From: Octopus vulgaris
Lineage: Eukaryota
Assembly: GCA_951406725.2 (NCBI GenBank)
Contig: OX597815.1
Location: forward strand, 30,504,001-30,568,000
DNA length: 64,000 bases
Direction: 5' to 3'
Part shown: piece after piece, positions 1-12,719 of the stretch
How the letters are laid out: each line of letters opens with the position of its first letter
Position numbering within the stretch: the first letter of the stretch is position 1
The notes under the pieces: model-generated
Told to the model about the DNA's origin: nothing
The model's input: the letters and a program-made list of their open reading frames with translations, nothing else
The model's database searches: none
Translations under genes and position numbers: made by a program

Positions 1-481
1 CTAATCGACCAGACATAGTCATTAAAGACGAGCAAGAAAATACTGGTAGACCAATAGATGTAAATGCTCCCACTGATAAAAATATTTCTGCAACGGAATT
101 TGACAAATTCAGTAAATATAAGGACCTGGAAACTGAAATACAAAAGATGTAGCATCTTAAATGGAGAACTGTTCCTGTTATTGTGGGTGCCCTAGGTATT
201 TTAAGATAGGGATGTACGAAATAGCTAGATAAGATTCCAGGAGAACCATAATTCAGAGAAATCCAAAAGATTCTGCTGACAAGTACTGCCCACATCCTTA
301 GAAAAAAATCTTATCAATTTAAATGTCTGTATTGTACTACATGAAGATATTTCGCTACTGCTCCTGCCACTTTCCCTCCGCAAGCTTTCAGTCAAATTAT
401 AACATCTCTTATCCTTCATTCGTTCTTGGACGCTAAGTGTGTCTCGGCAGGTGATTGTAACAAACATGCAGATTAAAAGTA
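1..481 (+). mobile_element. 3' end of a degraded REL-endonuclease non-LTR retrotransposon (R4/Dong-like), cut by the window edge
   Basis: Manual translation gives NRPDIVIKD...KYKDLETEIQKM*HLKWRTVPVIVGALG...EIQKILLTSTAHILRK, the PD-(D/E)xK REL C-terminus. It has stops and frameshifts and runs into (AAT)n. Confidence 0.85.
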
Positions 482-560
<79 letters not shown>

Positions 561-593
561 GTAATAGTAATAGTAATAGTAGTAGTAGTAGTA

Positions 594-651
<58 letters not shown>
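482..651. repeat. (AAT)n/(AGT)n microsatellite
   Basis: Direct reading of the sequence. Confidence 0.98.
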
Positions 652-653
<2 letters not shown>

Positions 654-1207
654 GCCCTGATGCAGTACCAGGCAGTGGCTCTCATGGCTTCTGATCTTAA
701 CTGATTGGAGGTGTTATCATGTACTTTGTTTTGTCTTGGTATAAAAGATGGGCTACAGCAAATATTCTGCCTAATACCACAGATTTGCTTGTCAATTGTT
801 TGACCATAACTAGTGGAGCATGTCCCTTAGTGGCTGACGATATGTGCATCTCTGATCACATGCAGGAGTTGTGGGGGAGCATCATAACCGTGTGCTGAAA
901 GGGATTCTTGGAGGTTTGGATACTTCACCTTTAGAAACATGGGTGTTTCGCTCAACATTCCTAAACAATCCTTATTCAGGGACCATTTGAGTGGAATGGG
1001 CTACTCAACCAGAAGAAAATTCTAACTGGGCCCCATCTGCAAGGTCATGTGCTGTTTATCTCGATATGAGATCACCATGTCGCGCACATATGGTTGTGAT
1101 GCATGTGCCTGGTATTCCCTTATCAGACGGGTAGTAATGATGGGTATACTGGGTTTCGTATAATTTACCTGTGTGTCACTTTGATGGCATGCACTGCTCT
1201 CTCACTC
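652..1207 (+). mobile_element. ~555-bp non-coding interspersed element flanked by (AAT)n, copy 1
   Basis: Matches 33652-34207 end to end as the reverse complement, and matches 11702-12151 over its 3' ~450 bp. No coding capacity is recognisable. Strand is inferred from the (AAT)n tail and the truncation pattern. Confidence 0.85.
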
Positions 1208-1223
1208 AATAATAATAATAATG

Positions 1224-1286
<63 letters not shown>

Positions 1287-2024
1287 GTTTGCATTGAAGA
1301 GAGAGATTGAGCATATCATTGATGAGGTAGCGAATAGCAACGAAAGAATTTTGAGAAGCAAACAGCCGATTGATTATTTAATCAACGTATTAAACAAACG
1401 ATCGATTAGTTAGGTGGTGGGATATTTAACCGGTTGACAGTCAATAAAAAAGTGATATCCAAACAACGCGTATGTTTATTATCATTGGCGTAACTGTGTA
1501 TTTGTAACCAGCATGGAAGTATAGGCACTAAATTAATGTAATTTACAAAACATCATAGTGTTACTTGTCTTTAGATGCTACGAGGCTAGTTGTGGATCTT
1601 ATCAACCGAAATTCAGCATTAATCCCCAGTGATTCATTTTAAGATAGCTTGTTATTTTATTTAATAGGTGACTGAAGATGTCTGATAAATATTTGGTAGA
1701 AAAGTAACGGTCTGTTATTCACGCCCTGGTACTAATGTTGGCAGTAAAGATCATCTTTTCACGCCCTAATAATGATACTGGAATATTCGAGGAGGAAATC
1801 ATGCACTAAAGAAATTGGCGACGCTGGTGCAAACCTGAACACTTAAGTTGTTGAATGTAAATATAAAAGTGATGCGGGAAGTGAAGTGAAGCTGAGAGAA
1901 AATTATATGTACTACACACATTCATACATACACACGCGCGCACACACACACACGCGCACGCAAACACACATGCACGCGCGCACACACGCATGTCTATGTA
2001 TACATACACACATATGTATGCATA

Positions 2025-2079
<55 letters not shown>

Positions 2080-2084
2080 CATTT

Positions 2085-2129
<45 letters not shown>

Positions 2130-2247
2130 CACATACATAAGCATCACATAATATAACAGTATTGTATATATGCATTTATATATCTATATATCTATCTCCT
2201 TCTTTCTCTTTCTGTTCTCTCTCACTTACTCTCTCTCCTTTTGCATA

Positions 2248-2303
<56 letters not shown>

Positions 2304-2334
2304 GTAGGTGGCATACGAGTGGGTATATATTTCC

Positions 2335-2780
2335 AAAAAAAGTTTGAAAACGTCGCTATATAAGATAAATTTTAATTTTCTTAGAGATTTTATATGTTTT
2401 GGTTCTTCTTGAAAAAACGAACCTTATCAAAAATATTTTTAAAAGTTAAGTGTAATAAAAAAGTTCTTAATTGTTTCTTACTAGTCTCAGCAGAGTCCAC
2501 GTGGTGGCGTTTTGTGGGGGAAGCATAATGGCTGTCTTGTGCGTTTACTAGAATTGTTGGCTTAGTGGACGCGCAAGACAGCCATTAAGCCTCCTCCCAC
2601 AAAGCATCGCAACGTGAACTCTGTTGAGACTAGTAAGAAATGATTATGAACTTTTTATTGCACTTAACTTTTAAAAGTATTTTTGATAAGGCTTGTTTTT
2701 TCAAAAAGAACCGAAACATGTAAAATCTCTAAGAAAATTAAAATTTATCTTATATAGTGGCATTTCAAACTTCTTTTTTT
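2335..2780. mobile_element. Fold-back (palindromic) element, MITE-like
   Basis: 2335-2550 is an imperfect reverse complement of 2563-2780 (e.g. ctatataagataaattttaattttcttagagatttta versus taaaatctctaagaaaattaaaatttatcttatatag). The loop is ~12 nt and the element lies between (TA)n tracts. Confidence 0.85.
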
Positions 2781-2792
2781 ATAAATAATTAA

Positions 2793-2921
<129 letters not shown>

Positions 2922-3126
2922 TGTGTGTGTGTGTGCATGAATGTTTGTTTTTGTGTACGTTTTATATAGTAAGAATAGAATGCCAAATATTAACAAAGGG
3001 ATCATCCAATAGATTTACACATCACGAATAGCCGCAAAAGGATATGTTTGACAGTGAGTTCGAAATTTCGACATCACTGAGAAACTTTCTGTTCTAACGA
3101 TGTGTGTTATATATAACAATATATAT

Positions 3127-3181
<55 letters not shown>

Positions 3182-3326
3182 CAATACAAATACATATGTG
3201 TATATGTATCTGAGTATTTGCCTACGTATGTTTGTTCCTATATCTAAGCTAAAATTGCAGAGAGGCGAACACACTTATGAGTATGTATATATGTATGTAT
3301 TTGTGAGTGCGTGTGTGTGCGTGTAC

Positions 3327-3359
<33 letters not shown>

Positions 3360-3385
3360 CATACATACATACATACATACATACA

Positions 3386-3417
<32 letters not shown>

Positions 3418-4489
3418 CATACAGGAATTCCCACATATACATGAATACACACACACGCGTGCACATATACATACATACGCACACATGCACATACAACTAC
3501 ATATATTCTTTATGTGCGAGAGTGTATTTGTGCGTAAGAATAATGGACTCCTGTTAGAAATGGTTTTAGATAAGCAAATAATTATGAAAATGTATCTGTG
3601 TGTGCATGCACTAGTGTGTGCTTGTGTGTGTGAGTGTGTGAGAGAGAGAGAATGAAAGAGAGCGAAGAGGAGAGGGAGAAAGAGAGAAGAAAGTGAAGAG
3701 AGAGAAGATAAAAGAGAGAAAGAAATAGCAAGAAAGAAAAGGAGAAAGAGAGAGAAAACGGAGAAGATATATGAGATGAAAATAAGGTAAAGAAGTGGGA
3801 AAGAAAGAACATATAAAAAAAAGTGGGAAACAAAATGCTTTAGAACTTGTTACGGCCAATTTATTTTATTATAAGGTACATAGGCGCGATAAGATGACGT
3901 AAGTTTTGCTAGTTGGTGTGTGAATTTGAATGATGAATTCACAAATAGAATCTGTTTCCTTTAACCTTTAACAAAATAAAAGCAAAAATTATAGCTATTT
4001 GTCGCCTCTTGTTCCACCGAGTGGTATATATTGATAAAAGTTAAATAATTCCCTTCACAGATCATTCTTTAATGTTTTTCTTTTAGTTTATATATTAAAT
4101 AAACATAAAGAACTCTGAGAATAACACGAATTAATTTCCTACAGGTTTGAACTTTCTTAAGCGCAAAGTAAATATAGCCAAACTGTAGGCATCACTTGTT
4201 TAAAATATCTAGAATTGTCTTTGACAATATTGAATGAAAGATGAAGAAAAGTAAATCAAGTGTGGAAGCAAGATGTCAAATTAATAACTGTTCTATTTTA
4301 TTTATTTATTTACTGTTTCCATTTTTTACAGACTTATCAACAAATATATTTTCTTGGTGAAGAAATATTTTATTTGAGTGTTCATGCATAATAACAGCTT
4401 AACTGGATTTCGGAGTCTTAAATATTGGCTCACAGGATAGATTATTCATTTTTTAATGAATTTATACAGTGAGCAAGCGTTTTCCGAAA

Positions 4490-4700
4490 GTTTCTTGGCT
4501 CTGTTCTGCATAATTACGTTAACATATCTGTATTTCCATCCAAATATTCTACTGATGGACTTCTTCGTTGCCAGTCGCTGTTACTCCAGCTTGGTAGTAG
4601 CCCATACCTCATTTGCATATAAAATCGCAATTAGGACAGAGCTATTGAAGAGACTGGCTCTCTTCAATCTCTGTCTGTCAATCCCTTACAATAACATAAT
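4490..4700 (-). mobile_element. Degraded RTE-clade LINE RT fragment
   Basis: Minus strand reads RASLFNSSVLIAILYANEVWATTKLE*QRLA, resembling the RTE motif LFN..VLP..LY..E.W..TK.E...L. Confidence 0.55.
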
Positions 4701-5999
4701 ATTATAATAATAGAATATGTTTTCGATTTGGTTTCAGTTTATCATTCAGTTTCTTACGAAATATATAGGTGTTGTGAATAGAACAAATTATGCCTTCGAT
4801 TAGAGTTAAATTATTATAGACGGCGATTGTTAAGGAATTTGTGTGGACTTGTAAGTTTACTCGGAAGAGACCAACAAATGTTGATTACGAACCAATGAAT
4901 AAAATAATTGAAGATTCTCTTGCCCATGTATAAATAGTAAATGTCCCGATAAACGAAACCCAGTGTATTAAAAAGAAACGAGACATGTGTATCATCGATA
5001 CAGTGTATTTTAAATACTTGATTCACATCTTAAACAGCTTTGACCATATCTTAGAATCTGTTAGTTTAGGTGTTCTTAGAAATATAATTTTCCTTATCCC
5101 TATTTAAAAAAGATATACATGAAAAGGTTAGCCATCAGAAGCTAACATTTCAAATTAAATACGATAACGAATATTCATCCACGTAACTTCTGCTTTTTTC
5201 TTTCACAGCATCCTCTCTTCCATTTCCCTTTGCCATCTCCTTCTAACACACAGGCACATACACACACACACACACACATATGCACACATAGACACGCACA
5301 CATACTCACACACGCACTCCTCCTCACGCACGCTCACACACATATGCACGCAGATACACATACCTCACCCCACATACACACACTCTCTCTCTCTCTTTAC
5401 GTCTGTCATCTGTATTTTCTCCTCGAGGCAAAATACGTTATTAGAAGCCTCGTCTTACCGAATATATAGCAATTCTCATAACCTAATCTTATATTAGTGT
5501 ATCTCTCTCTCTCATCTCTATATCTCTTTTTCTCTCTCTTACACATACACATGTACATACTCTCATGAATATTCTGTATCTTATGAAGGTCAAATTGAGA
5601 TTTTATACTTCTTAAGATGTACATCAATGTCATAATGGAAGGAAACCTTATTGAAAAAAAGAACCTTTCTTGTGGAAGAAACAATCCTATATCTAGATTT
5701 GCTTAAATATGTTTATGATCCCCTTAAGAAAAAAGAAAAAACTCTTTCTGGATATGCCTCAAGCACTTGTTTACTGTGTTTAACCGAGTTACAAGTAATT
5801 TATTTGTAAATATCTGTGAAATACCTACAAGGATTTGTATGCTACAATCTTCCTATCGATAATTTTAATTTATATTCATTATATTCAGTATTTTCCTTAT
5901 AGGGAAATCGCCATCTTGAAAACAGTCACTGAGTTGCCGATCACCTGACTTGCTAAGAAAGTGTGCAATATAAAGGCAATAAATATTATTCAACTGCAA

Positions 6000-6155
6000 T
6001 TACGTTCTGAGTTCAAATTCCGCCGAGGTCGGCTTTGCCTTTCATTCCTCCGGAGTCGATAAACTAACTACCAGTTGAGTACTGGGGTCGACGATATCGA
6101 CTAGCCCCCCTCACCCAAATTTCACGCCTTGTGCTTTTAGTAGAAAGGATTATTC
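6000..6155 (+). mobile_element. tRNA-derived SINE family A, 5'-truncated, tail beta
   Basis: B-box gagttcaaattc, core gcctttcattcctccggagtcgataaa, and tail ccttgtgcttttagtagaaaggattatt, shared with many copies in the window. Confidence 0.85.
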
Positions 6156-6902
6156 TACAGCAAGGAAAAGCATATTATTTTAATTTTTCAAAATCAAATA
6201 TGTGCTTCAAAATTTGGGCTGTGTCTCATGAAAGAAATTAAATTTCTTAGAATGCACTTCCTTTAAAAAAAAATGTCCTTATGAAGGTACTTTTTAAATG
6301 TTTTGATCATCATTGTTATTGATGAGATACGAACCTTGGACAGTTCTGACAGCAGGTCGATATTTATAAACTTAGGCAGTAAAGACTTTCTCTCATTTTA
6401 TCGATATCTCTCACTGTCTCTTTCTTTCTCTCATTCAATATAGTGACAGGTTAAACATTCAAAATGAAATCACGAGACTGAAATTGAATAACCTTTATAT
6501 ATACTTTTTCTAACAATTGCTTGTTTCAGGTACAATATTTGTTTCTTTAAAAGATTCATACTAACATATCCCGAGGAAAATACGGTAAACTATATAATAA
6601 ATCCCACTGTCCTTTTAATATAAAACTCTCAAATTTGGTTTAACAGTTGCTATAGGAAATACTATTACATATTAGTGTATTTGCTGTTTCAAAAGAAAAG
6701 CCTGAAGGTTTATTTCGATAGCAAATATACATATATGAACTTTAACCAATATGTCAGTCAGCTGATCAATCAAACACTCTCTAACCTCGGGAAAAGTCGA
6801 AAAGCTGGAAAATTCTTTAGTCTTGGTCTGACAAAGATTATGTAATCTATCAAATTTGGAAATGTAACACTACGTCAATTCCAGTTCTCTAGTATAAACA
6901 TT

Positions 6903-6977
<75 letters not shown>

Positions 6978-7224
6978 TTAAGGCAACGCAATAGCAATTC
7001 TACCGTGCATTGTTAACAAATATAAGACTCCATAGAATTATAAGTTTTTCCCTTATATGTTTTATATCAGATGACATTGGGTTTCTGCTTCACCACTCTA
7101 TTTCGAAGTTCCTAATTTGTATTTATCGCCAATAAATACAAGGTGTAAGCATATTGCTATTAACAAAGATGAGATGTACTTTTAACAATATTAGAGTTCC
7201 GACTCACACCAACGTTGCCAGTTA

Positions 7225-7712
7225 TCTATATATATATAAAGCTGAAGTTGTCTGTGTGTGTATGTGGCAGGTTTGGTTGCCTTCAACTAACTCTATCTCC
7301 TCCGATAACCTGCGATGCAAGTTGACCAAAATTGAGAGTATGATAGAAGAAGGCTTGCTCTTCATTCCGTAGAAGAAAAATTTCAAATCGGACCATGTTA
7401 AGACCAAAAATTATTTACATCAAAAAGGTGCTTTTTTTTCTATGAAAATCCCTTTTTTATACGATTTTTTGCTTGCTATGTTGCCATTTCTCGGTGTATT
7501 TCAACCAGAAAAAATGTTCACTTAAAGAAAATAACAAGCTACATAATGCAACATTTTTACTTTTCAAAAATTCCAATCCTAAAGGGTCGAAAATAATTTT
7601 TTTGTGATGTCATTGGTTTTGAGCGAACAAAACTTCGTTAACGCGACATCGAAGTCTGCCGTTTTAAGCGCAACTAAAAAACAAGCCGAGCAACGCCGGG
7701 CTATACTGCTAG
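7225..7712 (+). mobile_element. Non-autonomous Helitron
   Basis: 5' A|TC at 7224/7225 (TCtatatatatataaag), subterminal GC hairpin ccgagcaacgccgg at 7686-7699, 3' CTAG|T at 7709-7713, and no TSD. These are canonical Helitron termini. Confidence 0.8.
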
Positions 7713-8869
7713 TTTTAAAGTAAAACGCTTTCTACCCTCTGAAGCGTTTGAGAAAATCTAATGAAGTTACTAAGTCTCTTTGAAATGCTCGCACCTTCTC
7801 TACACTGCAGTATGATGAAGGTTTGAGACTATTTAAATCACAGGCAGTTATCACATTATCACATATTCATCCATTGGACACTACTATTTAATAAATCTCA
7901 GATACCAATATCTCATAAACGTTTGACACAGTATCGATCCCCAACCATTTAGTCGTTCTATATTGAATGTTTTGGGGTGCATTAATAGTGAATGAATTAA
8001 TTTTTCATATGTCTTAGGGGTCCTTTTCAAGATTGATAGACCCATTGAAAAGTGACAGTTCCAGTAAATCCCATTGTTTTGTCACTTGGGCGTGCAGCTT
8101 GTTTTTATCAGGTCCTCTGAAATCACCGAAATCGAGGTGTCAAAGTTCTTTTGGAATTGCTACTAGTTGATTACTGCAATAAAAAAACATGAACGGGGAA
8201 ATGTTCACGCTTAATGTGCTGCAGAGAAAAAGAGTAAGCATTGTGATTAGTGCTGGGTCTGAAGGAACATAGATAAGAAGAAAATAGAAGCGATTAAGTG
8301 AAAATGATTGAGAGATATTAGCACACCAACCTGTACAGTATACTGAAGTAGCGGTGGAAAAACAGAATGAAGAAACATCAAGTCTGTAAATCAGAGTTGG
8401 AATATGAAACTAAGTGACTTCATGTTAATTATTTCCGTGTCCTGCGATACAATTTTATATATCTGCTTATGAAAACACCACTCCATTGTAGGTTTCAATG
8501 TTAGATGTTTCAAGTATTTTCTGACACTTGAGAGGAAGGACACTATTAATTGTGTTGTCACAATTCTAGAATGTTTTGAGAAATACAGATGAAACTATCT
8601 GATAAAATGCTTACAACTTAGCCAGAGATTTGGCAGTTAGCAAAAATTACTTACAATGCAATAATATGTGTAGGACAAAAACTCATGACTTTCTAAAACC
8701 CTCTCCACTTAACTGTAGATAGGTGTAGACAGAAGACACAGCTCACTTATGCAACACAGTCGCAGTAAAATGATCAGAAATGTTATCAGCTTTTTATAAA
8801 ACTTAGTGTTCCAATTATTATTCGTATGAATATGAATTCATTGTCTGGATACAGAAGCTGGAGGTTTCG

Positions 8870-9320
8870 AAGCAGTTGCCCATAATTAATTTTCAATGAG
8901 ATATCTATATCTGCAGGGCAGCTAACCTCTATGATGGTACATACCTTTGCCCCTTTGTCCCAAACAACAATATCCGACCTGTTATGTTTACATTTGGCAG
9001 AAGTTTGGTTTTTCTTCGACTTTTGCCTTCAACACATATTCATCCAATTTTGAAAGCCTTCCACTGCAACCGTCACCTTACAAGCTAAATTCTCCAACTT
9101 TACATTTTGCAAACCATCTTCGAACAGTTGATTCACATGCAGTATCATCACCATAAATTTTGCAAATGTATGTATGTATGTATATGAATAATTTCGTTTG
9201 GTTATACTCCTGGAGGACACGAAGCTGTTGCCACATGGATGTGAGTCGACGGCTCACTAATTGCAGAAAAATCGTTATTTTCAACTGTAAACAGAAAAAT
9301 TATGTGGCCGCCTCGCATTT
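8870..9320 (-). mobile_element. Mariner transposon relic (HTH region)
   Basis: ORF 9078-9284 contains ICKIYGDDTACESTVRRWFAKCKVGEFSL, and further down the minus strand reads GRLSKLDEYVLKAKVEEKP. This is a mariner N-terminal DNA-binding region. Ends are uncertain. Confidence 0.75.
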
Positions 9321-9689
9321 ATACATTTCAGGTGTATATTCAAATGAAATAGCTCCATTTAAAACGTACTTGCAAGTTAAAAAACTGAAATTAGATATAG
9401 CATGGGCCAATAATATCCGAAACCCAAGTTAAGTAAGATATATATCTTCATGGAATCATTTAAGAAATATGAAACTATATTTTAAATTATACATCTTGAA
9501 TGAGAATGAAGATGAGTTAGAACAGAATGAGAACTGTACTTCTACTACATACACAGCACAGCCTCTCGGTTGCATAACCGAACTGAATGAGGTGATGTCA
9601 CTCGTAACCACGCCCTAAATCTGATACACGTATGTGTTGTATCCTCGCTCGGATCTTTACCGCTACTATGGTGACCTTTGTTCAGTTGA

Positions 9690-9950
9690 ACTAACTGATA
9701 TCGAGTCGCCTTTTTTTCATATACTCCTCTCTCCGTTGTCTCACATCCGTCTGCTACTTAGATTATATCCACCTCCTTCTAATCTTCTGCCCTAGAATGT
9801 TGATGCTTTTGAATTCCTTCCTTGACCAGCTTTTCCCCATCGACTTACAGTGTTGAAGTAACGAACTACGCTGGTCTGAGAGGGCCTGCTATGTCCATAG
9901 TAGCATCACCTTTCTCTCGACAGAAAAATGATTTAAGATAGATAAATAAA
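9690..9950 (+). mobile_element. Highly degraded CR1/L2-group LINE 3' fragment
   Basis: ttctgccctagaatgttgatgcttttgaattccttcct...ttttcccc resembles the F.PR...LWNSLP...FP C-terminal motif. Confidence 0.35.
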
Positions 9951-10361
9951 AAATCTCTAGACTAATACATTATTTATATCTTACCGCATCCATATATTAT
10001 TGTACGTAACTTTGTCATAAACAAATATGGAAATAATTTTATTCTTACTTACTGGTCAACTTAACAATAATTTTACAGATAAACTCATTTATCAGATGTT
10101 CACAGACATACTTTTAAAATAATGGGAAAATAATGGTTACTACATACACACATATGTAGATGCACATGCACCCATAGCCACACACAAGTGCGCGCACACA
10201 CACATACATATACAACAGACGTCTCTTTCTCACACATGAATACACACATACACATACACATGACGTATCGTGAATCATGGGAAAGCAATTTCATAACTTT
10301 ACATACATGCATCATGCGTACATATACATATATGTATACAGACACATACACACACACGCAC

Positions 10362-10410
<49 letters not shown>

Positions 10411-11632
10411 TATATATAATACACACGCACAGACATAAGCACACACACACATACACACATATATACGGGTGTATATGCAAGTTTGTATGTATGTATGTAT
10501 TGTCTCGTGACATTCCTCTGGTGACCTCCACCGATCAGTTTTATTTAATTTCTAGTATAGATTCCTTTCTAAAATTAAATACATTTGTTTTTTGAACAGC
10601 AATATTTTTATTTTCTTCTCTTCGCAATCGACCAAGTGGGTATATTCATGTATAAATTTTCTTGCTGTATTTCTATGTATCTGTATCTCCATAATTTAGA
10701 TATTAAAACTCTTCTGCATCTCTATCAAAAGCGCGAAGGCTACGAAAAAATTATTTCGTAGATAGCACAAGATATTCACAGTGTTCACGCCATGAGGGAA
10801 ATAGTTTTAGAGATAACACGCTTTTTTAAACAGAAAGACTAGGTCAATAGTCAGGGCGACGTACCAGCAAAAATTCTTTGATTGAGTATAAGTGAATAAC
10901 CAGAGGCTCCTCTTCTCGCTTTTCTTTATTCTTTGTATTATTTTTTCTATCAATCTACTTTTCTTTTTTCCATGTTTTTTTTTCTTTCTATATCCTATTT
11001 TTTTTTTCTCCTTTCATTGTGTTGAGTTCGTTTTAATGGAAATTGGGTGGGTACAAGAACTACTTTTCGCAGCGTCATTCCTTTTCCTTTATGGCTGCAA
11101 TGGACTTAGTCATATTTTTTTTTTATTGCTTCACTACACAAACAGGCGAAGCACACACACACACACACACATACTCAACCCCCCTCCTCTCTCTGTCTTT
11201 TTCTCACCAATCCTCCCTCCAGTCAATGTCACCGCTGTTTTCTACCGACGCCAGCTCAAGCAGATTTCAAGGTTTTGACATCTTTGTTTTTATGGCTTTT
11301 AGTCGCTCCAACCAATTACCAACACACCACATCTCACTTCCATATCAACACGATCAACTAATGTCGCACTATAGGCTACTTTATCACTGATGACAATATC
11401 ACATCTTCGGGCTCTAATTGTTTTTAACCGAAAAACGAAAAAGCAAGGAAAAATATTAAAATCACATTATATTAATAGTTATATTTTTCAAAATTAGGAT
11501 TGTTCTATTTTGATGGTAAATATAATGAACAACACAGGAATAGGAAATTAAGAGATATTACAGTGTCATGACTGTCGTTGTTCGTCTTGTAATTACTATC
11601 AGCATTATTTTGAAATTACAATTCTTCTTCTT

Positions 11633-11701
<69 letters not shown>

Positions 11702-12151
11702 GAATGAGAGAGCAGTTCATGCCATCAAAATGACACTGGGGTAAAATATACGAAGCCCAATATACCCATCATAACTACCGTCTGATAAGGGTACACCAGG
11801 CACATGCATCACAACCACATGTGCGCGACATGGTGATCTCATCAAGATAAACAGCACATGACCTTGCAGGTGCGGCCCAGTTAGAATTTTCTTCAGGTTG
11901 AGTAGTCCGCTCAAAAGGTCCCTGAATAAGGGTTGTTTAAGGATGTTGAAAGAACCACCCATGTTTCCAGAGGTGAATTATTCAAATCCCAAAGAATCCC
12001 TCTCAACACATGGCTATGATGCTCCCCCACTGCTTCTGCTCGTGATCAGAGATGCACATATCGTCAGCCACTAAGGGACATGCTCAACTGGTTAAGGTCA
12101 AACAACTGACAAGCAAATCTGTGGTATTGAGCAGAATATTTGCTGTAGCCC
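11702..12151 (-). mobile_element. ~555-bp element, copy 2 (first ~100 nt missing)
   Basis: Near-identical to 33652-34110 and flanked by (TTA)n on both sides. Confidence 0.88.
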
Positions 12152-12216
<65 letters not shown>

Positions 12217-12227
12217 TTATTACTATT

Positions 12228-12335
12228 CAGTAGTTTTATTTTTATAGCGTGCTTTCACTTCACTACCGAGCGCAGCTCTGTGTGCCTTGGGTATGTGCTG
12301 TGATTTGTTGTGATGCTCTGATAGTTATTGTATGG

Positions 12336-12343
<8 letters not shown>
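12228..12343 (-). mobile_element. Very short 3' end of an R4/Dong-like LINE
   Basis: Matches the 3' ends at 14524-14640 and 15272-15393, with (TTA)n on both sides. Confidence 0.85.
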
Positions 12344-12418
<75 letters not shown>

Positions 12419-12420
<2 letters not shown>

Positions 12421-12640
12421 GGCGGCCAGCTGGCAAAGTCGTTAAGGCGCCGGGCGAAATGCTTAGCTCGTATTTCGCTCGTCGCTACGTTCTGAGTTCA
12501 AATTCCGCCGAGGTCGACTTTGCCTTTCATCCTTTCGAGGTCCTTTTGAAATAAGTACCAGTTGCGCACTGATGTCAATGTAATCGACTAGCCCCGTTTC
12601 TCACAAAAATGGTCATGGCCTTGTGCCTCGAATAGAAATA
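12419..12640 (+). mobile_element. SINE family A, full length, tail beta
   Basis: A-box-like tggcaaagtcgttaa, hairpin gcgaaatgc/gtatttcgc, B-box gagttcaaattc, core and tail. Confidence 0.88.
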
Positions 12641-12664
12641 ATAATAATAATAATAATAATAATA

Positions 12665-12700
<36 letters not shown>

Positions 12701-12719
12701 TATTATTATTATTATTATT

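Noticed and set aside
4830-5080. Possible Penelope-like RT trace (LYMGK) on the minus strand
   Set aside because: A single weak motif that cannot be supported without a profile search.
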